From assembly GCA_964016885.1 (NCBI GenBank), contig CAXHJY010001474.1, positions 20,431-84,430 of the forward strand: a DNA stretch of 64,000 nt, written 5' to 3'. The notes under the pieces are model-generated. The model saw only the letters and a list, made by a program, of their open reading frames with translations. It made no database searches and was not told where the DNA came from. Both the position numbers and the translations under genes were made by a program. Shown in pieces: positions 1 through 14,012 of the stretch. This DNA is from Eledone cirrhosa. Lineage: Eukaryota. Positions within the stretch are counted from its first letter, which is position 1; each line of letters opens with the position of its first letter.

Positions 1-234
1 ACTACCACCACCACCACCTCTAATACTATTACTACCACTACCACCACCACCACCACTACTAATACTACTATTACTACCACTACCACCACCACCACCACCA
101 TGACCACCACTACTTCCACCACCACCACCACCACCACCACTACCACAACTACCACCACCACCACCACCACCACTACCGCAACTACTACCACCACCACCAC
201 AACTACTACCACAACTGCTACTACTAATACTACT

Positions 235-272
<38 letters not shown>

Positions 273-532
273 TACCACCACCACTAAAACTACTACTACT
301 ACAACTACTACTAGTACCACCACATCCACCGCAACCACCAGCACTACTACTACTACTAATAATAATTCTACTACCACCACCACTAAAACTACTACTACAA
401 CTACTACTAGTACCACCACATCCACCGCCACCACCACCACTACTACTACTACTACTGCTACTACTACTACTTCTACTACCACCACCACTAAAACTACTAC
501 TACAACTACTACTAGTACCACCACATCCACCG

Positions 533-569
<37 letters not shown>

Positions 570-742
570 TACCACCACCACTAAAACTACTACTACAACT
601 ACTACTAGTACCACCACATCCACCGCCACCACCACCACCACTACTACTACCACCACTACTACTACTACTACTACTAATACTTCTACTACCACCACCACTA
701 AAACTACTACTACAACTACAACTACTACCACCACATCCACCG

Positions 743-814
<72 letters not shown>

Positions 815-837
815 TTATTATTATTATTATTATTATT
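1..837. repeat. (ACT/ACC)n compound trinucleotide microsatellite
   Basis: Directly visible; explains the poly-Thr ORF 100..861. Confidence 0.95.
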
Positions 838-1179
838 TCAGATATCCACCTATGTCATTAAGGAGATTCTAAAGGTGAAGTATTCAAGACGTGAACAAGG
901 ATAAGTATTTTGAATTGATAAGTGTAGATATTGATTGGCTAATTGTTGGCCAATGAAAAGCTATAAATTAGAGGACTACATTAATCCAATGTCTAGAAAG
1001 AAACAAGATGTTTTGAGTAGAAAATAGGCTTAAAATAGACCAATGTGAATAAAGGGTCGGGAAGGGTTTTGTTTTTATAGTAGAAGGGTCATTGGCTTAA
1101 GAACACTGACCAATCAGAATAAATGAGGTTTCTGTATAGAATCAAAGATAACGAAGGCAAATAAAACATCCAGGAACGT

Positions 1180-1800
1180 ATATACACACACACACACACA
1201 CATACACACACACACATACATATATTAATGGGTACATATATATATATATATATATATATAAACATGAGAAGAATGAATACTGCCTGGTTGCACATGGGTT
1301 TGTGTGTGTACATATACATATATGTAAGTGAATATGTAGATACACATACATATATGTACATGTATATATAAGTACACATATATATATATACATACACATA
1401 TATATAGGTACACATACATGTATATATACACATGTACATATATATATATACATACACATATATATAGGTACACATACATGTATATATACACATGTACATA
1501 TATATATATACATACACATATATATATAGGTACACATACATGTATATATACACATGTACATATATATATATATACACATATATATATAGGTACACATATA
1601 TGTATATATACACATATATGTAGGTACACATACTTGTAGGTATACTTACATATATGTACACATACATATATGTATTCATACATGTATGTACACATACATA
1701 TATGTTCACATACATACATGTATAGGTACACATATATGGATGTACACATACATACAAACATACATATACAAATACATACATACATACATACATACATACA

Positions 1801-1832
<32 letters not shown>

Positions 1833-1914
1833 AAAACACATACATACATACATACATACATACAGGCATTCATGCAGAAATACGTATGCTAGAGTAATGT
1901 TATTGACACACACG

Positions 1915-1955
<41 letters not shown>

Positions 1956-1990
1956 ACAAACACATACACACACACACACACATAGATACA
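1180..1990. repeat. (TA)/(CA)/(TACA)n compound microsatellite
   Basis: Directly visible. Confidence 0.9.
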
Positions 1991-2093
1991 AACACAGACT
2001 AAGTCATGGAGTTTGGTGATTGATGGAGGGGGATTAGAGAGGCTTAATGTCAACAACAGTTAAATGGAAGTGGAGACAGACAGACAGAGAGGA

Positions 2094-2138
<45 letters not shown>

Positions 2139-2279
2139 CACAGACAGAATGAAAGGTATGGCTGGTTAGTTTCTTTTATTGTTGTTGTTGTCGTTTTTTT
2201 TATTAATTCGTCTCAGTCCATCTTGAAGAAAACGAGATATTTTAACTGAAATGAATGGTTACTATAGCGTGTTGTTAGT

Positions 2280-3120
2280 GTTGATGATGATGGTGGTGAT
2301 GGTGGTGGTGGTGGTGGTGGTAGTGGTGGTGATGGTGGTGGTGGTAGTGGTGGTGGAGGTGGTGATGGTGGTGGTGGATGGGAGTAATGGTGGTGGTGGT
2401 GATGGTGGTAGTGATGGTGGTGGTGGTGGTAGTGATGGTGGTGGTGGTGGTGGTGGTGATGGTGGTGGTGGTGGTGGTGGTGGTGGTGATGGTGGATGGG
2501 AGTTATGGTGGTGGTGGTGATGGTGGTAGTGATGGTGGTGGTGGTGGTAGTGGTGGTGGTGGTGGTGGTAGTGGCTGGTGATGGTGGTAGTCGTGGTGAT
2601 GGTGGTAGTCGTGGTGATAGTGGTGGTGGTGGTGGTGATGACGATGATGGTGGTAGTGGTGATGACGGTAGTGGTAGTGGTGATGATGATGATGACGTTG
2701 ATGGTGGTGGTGGTGGTGGTGGTGGTGGTGGTGGTGGTGGTGACAGTGGTGGTGGTGGTGGTAGTGATGGTGGTGGTGGTGGTAGTGGATGGTGGTGGTG
2801 GTGGTGGTGGTGATGGTGGTGGTGGTGGTGATGGTGGTGGTAGTGGATGGTAGTGGCTGGTGGTGGTGGTGGTGGTGGCGGTGATAGTGGTGGTGGTGGT
2901 GGTGGTGGTGGCGGTGATAGTGGTGGTGGTAGTGGTGATGACGATGATGGTAGTGGTAGTGGTGATGATGATGATGACGTTGATGGTGGTGGTGGTGATG
3001 GTGATGATGATGATGACGATGATGGTGGTGGTGGTGACGAAGTTGATGACGATGATGGTAGTGGAGGTGGTGATGGTCACAATGATGATGAGGTGAGGAG
3101 AAAGGGATGAATTTATTTTC

Positions 3121-3166
<46 letters not shown>

Positions 3167-4050
3167 GTGTGTGTCTGTGTTTGTGTGTGAGTGTGTGTGT
3201 TTATGTGTGGTGTGTGTTTCTATTAGTATTTGCATCGTGTGAGGTGAGTAAATTCTCTGGGATAAAGTACATTGATTTCAACAATCGGATCAACCTCAAC
3301 AACATAAACATGGCGACCACCTCCACCAACAACACAACACCACAACACCAACAACACCACAACACAACAACATCATCAACACAACAACACAACACCATCA
3401 ACACAACACCACAACACAACACCACAACACCAACAACACAACACCACAACACCATCAACACAACACCACAACACCACAACACCACAACACCATCAACACA
3501 ACACTAACAACACAACACCACAACACCAACAACACAACACCACAACACCAACAACACCACATCATCAACACAACACCACAACACAACACCACAACACCAA
3601 CAACAGAACACCAACAACACAACACCACAACACCAACAACACAACACCATCAACACAACACCACAACACAACAACACCATCAACACAACACCGCAACACA
3701 ACACAACACCACAACACCATCAACACAACACCAACAACACAACACCACAGCACCACAACACCATCAACACAACACCACAACACCAACAACACAACAACAC
3801 CACACCATCAACACAATACCAACACCACAACACAACACCAAAACATAACTCAACACCACAACACCGACAACACCGACAACACAACACCACACCAGAACAC
3901 CACAACACCATCAACACAACACCATAACACAACACCAACAACACAACACCACATCACCATCAACACAACAACACAACACCACAACACCCTCAACACAACA
4001 CAACACCATCAACACAACACCATCAACACAACACCACAACACCATAACAC
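2280..4050. repeat. (GGT/GAT)n tract followed by (CAA/CAC)-rich tract
   Basis: Directly visible low-complexity arrays. Confidence 0.9.
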
Positions 4051-4184
4051 CAACATACCATAATAGCACAGGATCCATCACCATCACCAATAGTATTGGT
4101 GATGTGTTGTTTGTGGCCATCAACAACACATCACCAATACTATGGCAACAACAACTACAGCCATAGCAAGAACAATATATATGT

Positions 4185-4216
<32 letters not shown>

Positions 4217-4218
<2 letters not shown>

Positions 4219-4412
4219 CGAAGGAAATGTGGTAAGGAACCAGGTGGACCATAACGCACCAAAGTACTCAATACTTGAGGTAGTAGAGTGGGTAATAGGA
4301 ACCAGTAAGACCCCGACAGCTGAGCTCAAGCCGTTTCGACGGCTAATTCTGGACTCAGTCCAGAATTAGCCGTCGAAACGGCTTGAGCTCAGCTGTCGGG
4401 GTCTTACTGGTT

Positions 4413-4414
<2 letters not shown>
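4217..4414 (-). mobile_element. Fold-back non-coding element, family F1 (about 200 bp, in (TA)n)
   Basis: Long arm AACGAAGGAAATGTGG...GCTAATTCTGGACT plus a perfect inverted short arm ending TTCC; related copies at 7177, 10659, 24097, 31254, 45439, 54587. Strand is inferred. Confidence 0.85.
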
Positions 4415-4462
<48 letters not shown>

Positions 4463-4661
4463 GGTTTGAGGTTCACCACTGTATAGAGCTGGTCTATTCC
4501 GTATGGTCAATCGTAATGCAATAATATAGAGAGTACTCAACGTAAAGCAGTTCACTCCAGGGCGACCGGCTGAGGTTGAAGGAACAGAATAGCGGTCGCC
4601 CTCGGGTCTCAATTTTCAACCCCATGGATTTTACCTATTACATTCACGTATTATATTTCGA

Positions 4662-4719
4662 ATACCTGATGATATCACCGGATTCATACGGAACCCGGTC
4701 ATTGAAATGATCATAGTAT
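4662..4719 (+). ncRNA. Minimal type-I hammerhead ribozyme
   Basis: ATAC-CTGATGA-stem II (CACCGG..CCGGTC)-GAAA-TGATCA-TA|GTAT; stem I ATAC/GTAT. Confidence 0.8.
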
Positions 4720-4765
4720 AATAAACCTTTCAAGGATTTACACAAATCCAGCCTCCTGTCATTTC

Positions 4766-4820
<55 letters not shown>

Positions 4821-5094
4821 CAGGAAGAGAAGACATCATTCATAGACTGAAGTAAAATAATATATATTTACTCAGTATAATAAGCCGTATTGAGTACTTT
4901 GTAGATTAGCGTCTTTTAAGTTTTGTAACTCAATAAATATCTATATGTGTCATAAAGCGAATCGCACATATAGTTATTATTTCATTAACTTTGCCTTTCA
5001 TCCTTACGGGGTCGATAAAATAAAGTACCTGTAATGTAATTGCTGGCCTTGTGCTTAAAGTAGAAACAATTATTTCATATCCAATTGAGTTCTT

Positions 5095-5585
5095 AGCACG
5101 TGGCTTGAATTCTTGTCAGAGTTCAACGCCATGCGCATGTATTGTTTTTGGCGGTAGCCTCCTTCCTCCCATTTTCGGGACAGTATGAGATTTTCTTTAG
5201 AACTGCTGGACTAACAACCTAGCAGTCCCCTCAAGCAAGATATTGATATTTATTTGGTTATCAATATTAATATTATTGGGTACCCACTGAAGATTTATAA
5301 GAGCCCACTTGTATAAGTATCTGTTGATCTTATACAAGCTTCTACATAACTTGGTATAATTTCACCCAACTTGTAGAAATCTTACAAGGAAACGAATCGT
5401 CTGGGAAATGAGATATTTGATATATCTCATATGAAATAATACAATTTTCCACACAATACAATATAGTTAGCACCCCAAACGTTAAATTGGGAATATACTC
5501 AGGTATTTCCTAATGTTTGTTGTTGAGTGAGTTGGAATTTGGCCGGAGTATCGCTTTTAGCTTTCTCCGATTATGTATTTATGTA
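5095..5585. mobile_element. Unclassified dispersed repeat (second copy about 36000-36465)
   Basis: Long co-linear similarity, e.g. GCGCATGTATTGTTTTTGGCGGTAG...GGCCGGAGTATCGC, in both places. Confidence 0.75.
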
Positions 5586-5599
5586 GTTATATATATATA

Positions 5600-5747
5600 A
5601 CTGTTTCTACTTTTGGCACAAGGCCAGCAATTATCCCAGTGTATTACTGGTACTTTATTTTATCGACCCCTTAAGGATGAAAGGCAAAGTTAACCTCGGC
5701 GGGTTTTGAACTGTCCGTAAAGGGACGTAACTGTGCTGCAAAGCATA
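5600..5747 (-). mobile_element. tRNA-derived SINE, family S1
   Basis: Reverse complement of core CTTTGCCTTTCATCCTT.GGGGTCGATAAAATAAAGTACCAGT and tail GGCCTTGTGCCAAAAGTAGAAAC. Confidence 0.85.
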
Positions 5748-5802
5748 ACGGCGATGAATTAGTTTTGCGAGGTTTTTGATATGAAATCGTGTGTCGAAAC
5801 AA

Positions 5803-6085
5803 ATATTGTTATACTTGGGGAGAGTCATGTTTGTGTAATAATATTGCCAGAATTAATAACAGAAGACACTCACTGTTTGGTTGGTTTTCGCTTCTGTGTC
5901 CTTTATATCGGTTAATTTAATTTATTCCGTCCTCAATGTAACCATTGACTGACCAACGGTCAAAAATACAGATACAATATAAACACAAACACATATATAT
6001 AGTCTAACCAAACAGTGGGTGTGTTCTGTTATTTATTCTGGCAATATTATTACACAAATATGACCCTCTCCAAGTATAACAATAT
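5803..6085. mobile_element. Fold-back element with about 80-bp inverted arms
   Basis: ATATTGTTATACTTGG...CACTGTTTGGT versus ACCAAACAGTG...CCAAGTATAACAATAT; related pieces near 18400-18625, 30780-31010, 54885-55150. Confidence 0.7.
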
Positions 6086-7176
6086 ATATATATATTTGTG
6101 TTTATATGTGTGTGTGCATTTATTGAGGTATATATGTTTATATACATACAGAACTTCATGACAACTCAGTATTTATCACATACATACACACATCATAGAT
6201 ACCTTCACACACTCTTACACAAATATATATATATATATACACATACATACACATAACTACATGCCTTCTGTGACCTACACTCCAACACACATACACATAC
6301 ACACAAATACACACACACACACAAATACACACACACACATATACAAATACACACACACACAAATACACACACACACACACATATATATAAATACACACAC
6401 AAATACACACACATACACACACAAATACACGCACACATACACATACACACAAATACACACACACATACACACACATACACAAACAGACATACACACATTA
6501 ACACACACACAGATACACACAATCTCTCCACCACAACACATCACACAATATTCCAACCCCTCACATCTACCACTACACATCACCCCCTCCATACCCCCCA
6601 ACCCCTTACTCAACCCCCACACATATCCACCCATACACACACTTACACACACTCACATCCACACACACACTAACACACATGCACACACACACAGACACAC
6701 CACTCACACACTAACACACACACACATACATACACTCACACCCACAGACACACTAACACACATACGCACACACACACACAGACACACCACTCACACACAC
6801 ACTCACACACACAGACTTACACTCACACACTAACAAACACACACACTAAGACACATACACACCCACACACACTAACAGACACACACCCACTCGCCCATAT
6901 CCACACACACACCTACACACCACTTCACAATGCACATAAAAACACTTAAGCAATATACGAAGTAAAAGACTTAAGGGTATGGTCTTGTCATTATATGGTG
7001 TGGGGTGGGGTGGGAGTGAGGGTGGGGGCTCACATTACCCGGGTACACACCTCACATAGAGGGGACGGGTGCTTGGATCAGTGAAAAGTATTCCACTTTG
7101 AACTATTACATGTCCTACTGTCTAATGGAGGTGGTGGTGGTGGTTTTGCATGGACGTACTTTATATATATATTTAT

Positions 7177-7347
7177 AGGAACAAGTAAGACCCCGACGGC
7201 AAAGCTCAAGCCGTTTCGACGGCTAATTAGGACGCTTGAGCTCTGCCGTCGGGGTTTACTCGTTCCTATTACCCACTCTACTGCCCTAAGTATTGAGTAC
7301 TCTGGTGCGTTATGGTCCATCTGGTTCCTTACCACATTTCCTTCGTT
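7177..7347 (+). mobile_element. F1 fold-back element copy
   Basis: Same arms as 4217-4414 in opposite orientation, flanked by (TA)n. Confidence 0.85.
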
Positions 7348-7554
7348 ATATATATATATATATATAAATTTACAAAATTATATATATATTAAAAAGAGTC
7401 AGAACCCCGACGGATGAGCTCTTGCTGTTTCAACAGCTAGTTCCAGAGTCTGGAACTAGTTTTAATACACTCACACTCTACTACCCCAAGTATCGAGTAC
7501 TCTATTGAGTAATGGTCTAACTAGTTTTAAATTGGTTCTATCCTTATATATATA

Positions 7555-7780
7555 TATAAATATAAGTATGTATACGTACATACATATATGTATACAGACG
7601 TACAGTAGTATGTATATATATACATACATGCACACTTATGTATATGCACGTATGGATTTACCGAACATTTATTATAATGCTCGGTGTGTTTGTAAACAAA
7701 CAGCCCGAATTAAGCCGTACAGTGTTTAGCAACCATCGTTGCCCTTTTGTTCAACACTGACAAAGGAACGATGTACTAGT
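7555..7780 (-). mobile_element. Dispersed repeat family F2 (copies 44405-44670, 55170-55490, 55610-55740)
   Basis: Shared CCGAACATTTATTATAATG.TCGG hairpin and CAGCCCGAATTA.GCCGTACA; the 55450 copy extends into a hammerhead motif. Confidence 0.75.
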
Positions 7781-7804
7781 AACGAGGGGGCACGATATAA
7801 CATA

Positions 7805-8128
7805 CGTCCCTTTACGATCTGAGTTCAAATCCCCCCGAGGTTAACTTTGCCTTTCATCCTTACGGGGTCGATAAAATAAAGTACCAGTAATACACTGGGG
7901 AAATTGCTGGCCTTGTGCCAAAAGTAGAAACAATTATTACGGTGGATTGGCAGTGTCGGTAGAGGGTCCGACGTCATGCTTTGACGCATAGAGTTACGGC
8001 CCTTGCCATTCTGAGTTCAAATACCGCCGAGGTTAACTTTGCCTTTCATCCTTACGGGGGTCGATAAAATAAAGTACCAGTAATGTACTGGGTGATTGCT
8101 GGCCTTGTGCCAAAAGTACAAACAATTA
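7805..8128 (+). mobile_element. Two tandem S1 SINEs (partial plus full length)
   Basis: A-box-like TGGCAGTGTCGGT, B-box-like GAGTTCAAAT, conserved core and tail. Confidence 0.85.
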
Positions 8129-8425
8129 TTAATAATTATCAATTAATGCTTTTGTGCAATACCTGTGTGTGAAGTTTTTTTTTAAAGTTAGCCAATCCCA
8201 CTCTCTGTGCAACAGTAGCTATAACCCGAAAAGAAGAAAAGATCAACATCATCGGTAACTACTGAGTCAACCCAGTTTCCTGAGTGGTCTTCTCCGAGAA
8301 GAATGCCCTGACAAAGGCTAGGGGTCCTTCACTCCCAGTGGCTTAACCGCGCGATCGGGTATTCAGCCCGATTATTTCTATGTCCCCGCGCATATATATA
8401 CACATGCATACATGTATATACACAT

Positions 8426-8522
<97 letters not shown>

Positions 8523-9122
8523 CATACATGTATATATATATATATATATACATACATGTATATATATATTTTTATATTTATATATATATATACATATATA
8601 CACATGCATACATGTATATTCATACATACATACATACATTATATCTGTATAAACAGTGTGTAACCGAGACTCCACCAACGTGTATAAATATATACACATA
8701 TCTAATATGTAGGCATGTAAACATACCAGAAAATACGAATTTCCCTGTAAATTGAAAAAAAAAAATGGTCCTCAGCTAGAAAATACGAGAAATAAAAGAT
8801 GAAATAGAAAGATGGGGAGTGAGAAAAGGAAGAAACAGAGAAAAAAAATGAGAAAATAACACACGTGAGTATTATATCAGCCATATATATATGTATATGT
8901 ATGTGTGCGTGTGTGGGTGCGTGTGCGTGTGTGTACACACACAAACTCACAGATGATATCCTGTTTCCATCCTCGTTAACCTTGTGCACACAATCCTCAC
9001 CCATATCTAACCCAAACACGTCACCTTCAATGAATATGGTCTAACTTCTTTTTACAACACAAATACTTAATCACTTCAACATACCAAGAATGCAGTGTTA
9101 ACCTCATCATTTTATTAATAAA

Positions 9123-10030
9123 CTAGCAGTAAAGCCCGGCGTTGCTCGGGGTCGCTCAGTAGCTGTGTTAAAGTTACAATGTTAAGTTTCTTTCTTGGCT
9201 TAAAAACTGTAGTGTCTACTGTGCAAACTTGCATGTGGTGTTTTTGATTAATATTCCCTCAACCAACAATATGCCTTATGAAGTTAAGAAAACATAACGA
9301 TAACCCGAATGTTATAACAAAAGAGGATGCTGGGGATAGAAACTGCACTGGTTATTTATTAACAAAGATCGAAAATGTAAACACTGCAACGCAGAGAAAA
9401 ACATTAGCGTAACCAAATTATCAGTTATGTCTGTCTGCACGCCTATATCACCTCTCTGCACGACTGTCTGTCTGCACGCCTATATCACCTCTCTGCACGA
9501 CTGTCTGTCTGCACGCCTATATCACCTCTCTGCACGACTGTCTGTCTGCACGCGTATATCACCTCTCTGCACGACTGTCTGTCTGCACGACTGTCTGTCT
9601 GCACGCCTAACGACGAAATATTTGCTTGTTTTACGTAGTCTTTACTTAGACTTGTTTTAAAGTAAGAATATTGTTTTAAAATGCTTTTAAATGGAAATGA
9701 AGCAAAACGGAAGCTTAGTGTTCGAACTGATGAATTTTGCAGCAATGTCATTTTAAACGCTGAGAAAGCCAGCGTAATTTTTTACGTAAGACGCTCAATG
9801 TAAACAGAACAAAGGGAAATAACTGATCACTTACGCTCAAAAATCGATACATTATATTCGATTTCGTCACATAGGGTGGGTCAATTTGAAATATTTTTTT
9901 TTCCGATGTCTACGCTAGGGCTCAATGTACAAGTATAGCAATTTCGGTGCAATTCCGTGAGAGGTTCTAAGAGGAGATGTGTGCCAAAAATCGATAGACA
10001 GACAGACAACCACAGTTTTATATATATAGA
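9123..10030 (-). mobile_element. Non-autonomous Helitron
   Basis: Minus strand A|TCTATATATATAAAACTG..(CTGT)n ... 3' hairpin CCCGAGCAACGCCGGG then CTAG|T; inserted between A and T, no TSD. Confidence 0.85.
9428..9607. repeat. 37-bp minisatellite inside the Helitron
   Basis: Unit TGTCTGTCTGCACGCCTATATCACCTCTCTGCACGAC, about 4 full copies plus partials. Confidence 0.9.
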
Positions 10031-10254
10031 TGACACACAAACCTTTCAAATCAATAAATAGTAGGTCTCACGCTCCGATTAACTCTCATATATTATATTA
10101 TATTATATATATTATATTAACTTTCATATATTATAAGGTTAACTTTGCCTTTCGTCCTTAAGGGGTTGATAAAATAAAGTACCAGTAATGCACTGAGATA
10201 ATTGCTGGCCTTGTGCCAAAAGTAGAAACAATTATATTATATTATATTATTTAT

Positions 10255-10440
10255 TGGATTGGCAGTATCGGTAGAGCGTCGGACGCCATGCTTTGACGCA
10301 TGGAGTTACGGCTCTTTCCATTCTGAGTTCAAATCCCGCCGAGGTCAACTTTGCCTTTCATCCTTACGAGGTCGATAAAATAAAGTATCAGTAATGTACT
10401 GGGTAATTGCTGTCCTTGTGCCAAAAGTAGAAACAATTAT
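10255..10440 (+). mobile_element. S1 SINE (partial copy also at 10135-10233)
   Basis: A/B boxes, core and tail as at 7941. Confidence 0.85.
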
Positions 10441-10478
10441 TTATTTATTTATATTCATACGTGGAACATGCGTTTTGA

Positions 10479-10537
<59 letters not shown>

Positions 10538-10621
10538 ATAATAATAAATGTGAAGACTAAAATCCAAAGAGGGCTCGATAAGGATAAATATATATCAAAT
10601 ATATAAGGACCTTAGAGCAAA

Positions 10622-10658
<37 letters not shown>

Positions 10659-10661
<3 letters not shown>

Positions 10662-10827
10662 AACAAGTAAGACCCCGACGGCTGAGCTCGTCCAGAATTA
10701 GCCGTCGAAACGGCTTGAGCTCAGCCGTCGGGGTCTTACTTGTTCTTATTACCCACTCTACTACCCTAAGTATTGAGTACTTTGGTGCGTTATGGTCCAC
10801 CTGGTTCCTTACCACTTTTCCTTCGTT
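10659..10827 (+). mobile_element. F1 fold-back element copy
   Basis: Same family; shorter inverted arm. Confidence 0.85.
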
Positions 10828-11517
10828 TTATATATATATATATAGTTCACGGAGACAACAAACAGAGGGACAAAAAGTTTTATTAGTTTCACACTTTATA
10901 TGGGAAAAAGGAAAGAAAGTTCGACGTGTCGGGCTTAAGTCCGTCTTCAGGAGTATAAAATAGAGAAATAGAAGCAGTATCACAAAGTTGAAACAGAAAT
11001 AAAGGAGGTCCGAGTATAGAAAAAATTGAAAATGTGAAAATAAAGAGTGTAAACAAATCGTTAAGCAGTCTTGGTAAGGAATTAGAACGCAAAGTGGCGC
11101 GTGTGTGTTAGTGTCGATATTATGTGTGAGTGTAAGAGTATGTTTAAACGTGTGTGACTCACTTAAATTCAGATTGAAAGGCCTTCAAAATGTTTTTCAA
11201 TAAACATACAGTATATTATTAAATATACAGCACGTACATTCATATATACATCGCTATTTCAGAGTTCCAATATATATATATAACCAAAGATTAATATGGT
11301 CCATTGATTACTCAATGAATATAGCTTTACAATAGATTAAAAGCACTCTACAAAGAAGTTTTCTGGAGTTATTAATATTATTCAGAATATTAATAAATGA
11401 AGACATTCACATAATCAAAATATATGTTTTATTATATATATTTCGAAGGCACTGTACTGCCAATACTGGAATTGAACTATCAAGCCCGTTGAGGTATGTC
11501 ATACATCAATTCATGTA

Positions 11518-11579
11518 TTTTATCTGACGAGGACGTACTGAAAAAACAACACAGTACCTTCGAAATATATATAATAAAA
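11518..11579 (+). ncRNA. Minimal hammerhead ribozyme
   Basis: TTTTAT-CTGACGA-GGACGTACTG..CAGTACCTTC-GAAA-TATATA-TA|ATAAAA; lies in an inverted repeat (about 11377-11455 versus 11551-11629). Confidence 0.85.
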
Positions 11580-11775
11580 CATATATTTTGATTATGTGAA
11601 TGTCTTCATTTATTAATATTCTGAATAATATATATATATATATATATATATAGCTGCAATGCGGCCACCAGGATTAGCAACTGCTAATTTTTGGCCACCT
11701 TCTCGTCTTGGGCATCTCTCTCTGCTTTTCAGCCCCTTGGATTGTATCTATTATATTCCTATATTAAATTTCGGA

Positions 11776-11833
11776 ATACCTGATGATGTCACCGGATTTA
11801 TACTGAACTGGGTCATTGAAATGTTCATAGTAT
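11776..11833 (+). ncRNA. Minimal hammerhead ribozyme (paralog of 4662)
   Basis: ATAC-CTGATGA...GAAA-TGTTCA-TA|GTAT. Confidence 0.7.
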
Positions 11834-12091
11834 AATAAACCTTTAAGGAATTACACCAGTCCAGCCTCCTGTTATTTTATAATAATTAACTCCGTACTCG
11901 CACCACCAACAACACAAACGAAGACGGGTGAGTTGCATTACGTCGAGTGCTCTCCCTAATATTATATCAAGGTTGACCATACGGAATGACCAGTTCTATC
12001 CAGTGGTGAACCAACAAACCTAAATGTATATATATATATATATATCACAGAAAAAAAAGAGAATCAGTGTTGCGACGAATGGAATTTATTA

Positions 12092-12187
12092 GACATATTA
12101 CAATCGTTTCTCTGGCGACCAGCTCGAGGCACGATCGATGTGATAATCGAACCTGACTCTGAAAATCGCAAGGTCCTCAGATACGTC
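12092..12187 (-). ncRNA. Hammerhead ribozyme with extended stem II
   Basis: Reverse complement GACGTAT-CTGAGGA-..GCGA...TCGC..-GAAA-CGATTG-TA|ATATGTC; 7-bp stem I. Confidence 0.8.
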
Positions 12188-12213
12188 TTGATTCTTCGAA
12201 GCAGATGTTCCTA

Positions 12214-12261
<48 letters not shown>

Positions 12262-12285
12262 GATAACAAATTATTCTTCACTCTT

Positions 12286-12421
<136 letters not shown>

Positions 12422-12734
12422 TTTTAAAACTGACTCACGAAGACTAAGACTTTTCTTTAGAGCCAGAAATACTTTAATCCAGATCAGTTGGTGAAGCTCT
12501 ACAATGCTGATTTAAGACCCACATGTTTGTGAAATTGACGAGCCAAGATGGCTAACATTTTAAACTGGTGTTGGTGGGAAAACCTTTTTATCTGTTTAAA
12601 CTCTTTTGTCCTGCTCTAAGAAAATATTATACAGAACAGATTAAGCTGGAGTTGACTGAGTGAATTGTTTCAGTCATATAAAGTTGCTTTTCTATTCTAT
12701 TCTACACTAAATAGAATGGTTTAAGCTAGTGTGT

Positions 12735-12935
12735 AGAAAGGAAACTTCAGTATTTTGGTCATGTCATCGGGGCCCAAAATTTGACTACCCACATCCTTGA
12801 GGGACCAATGCAGGGAAAAAGGGCCAGGGGACGGCAGAGGATGAGAGGGACAGATACTATTATGGAGAGTGCTGGTCCATAAGTCCAAGACCCTCGACCC
12901 TCAAATATGAGGATGGGATGTGGCTAAGGCTAAGC
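12735..12935 (+). pseudogene. Old RTE-clade LINE 3' fragment
   Basis: Translates RKLQYFGHVIGAQNLTTHILEGPMQGKRARGRQRMR, a typical RTE C-terminus; short (GGCTAA) repeat tail. Confidence 0.7.
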
Positions 12936-13064
12936 TAGTGTGGGTGGTTAATCTACTTTGGTCTGCTCCAGGAGGTATCTCTGAATAACAGCTTAAGCTG
13001 TGTTGGTTGGTTAAACTGTTTCTGCCATTGAAACTATTTGGTTCTGCGGTAAGAAGAACCAGCA

Positions 13065-14012
13065 AATATAACAGTTTAAACTGGTATTGGTTTTAAACTG
13101 TTTCGACTATTTAACCGTTTTTCCTGTTTCACACTAAATATAACAATTTAAACTGGTATTGGTTTTAAACTGTTTCGACTATTTAACCGTTTTTCCTGTT
13201 TCACACTAAATATAACAATTTAAACTGGTATTGGTTTTAAACTGTTTCGACTATTTAACCGTTTTTCCTGTTTCACACTAAATATAACAATTTAAACTGG
13301 TATTGGTTTTAAACTGTTTCGACTATTTAACCGTTTTTCCTGTTTCACACTAAATATAACAATTTAAACTGGTATTGGTTTTAAACTGTTTCGACTATTT
13401 AACCGTTTTTCCTGTTTCACACTAAATATAACAATTTAAACTGGTATTGGTTTTAAACTGTTTCGACTATTTAACCGTTTTTCCTGTTTCACACTAAATA
13501 TAACAATTTAAACTGGTATTGGTTTTAAACTGTTTCGACTATTTAACCGTTTTTCCTGTTTCACACTAAATATAACAGTTTAAACTGGTATTGATTTTAA
13601 ACTGTTTCGTCTATTTAACCGTTTTTCCTGTTTCACACTAAATATAACAGTTTAAACTGGTATTGATTTTAAACTGTTTCGACTATTTGACCGTTTTTCC
13701 TGCTTCACACCAAATATAACAGTTTAAACTGGTATTGGTTTTAAACTGTTTCGACTATTTAACCGTTTTTCCTGCTTCACACTAAATATAACAATTTAAA
13801 CTGGTATTGGTTTTAAACTGTTTCGACTATTTAACCGTTTTTCCTGTTTCACACTAAATATAACAATTTAAACTGGTATTGGTTTTAAACTGTTTCGACT
13901 ATTTAACCGTTTTTCCTGCTTCACACTAAATATAACAATTTAAACTGGTATTGGTTTTAAACTGTTTCGACTATTTAACCGTTTTTCCTGTTTCACACTA
14001 AATATAACAGTT
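13065..14012. repeat. 72-bp minisatellite, about 13 near-identical copies
   Basis: Same phase recurs at 13141, 13501, 13861 (5 x 72 apart); degenerate copies flank the array. Confidence 0.95.

Noticed and set aside
100-861. Poly-Thr mucin-like ORF and the many YI/CV/TH/poly-V/L/D ORFs
   Set aside because: Translations of microsatellites, open in several frames and on both strands, with no domain content.
13065-14012. CRISPR-like regular array (also 46505-46950 and 14470-15110)
   Set aside because: Units are head-to-tail with no unique spacers, there are no cas genes, and the context is eukaryotic.
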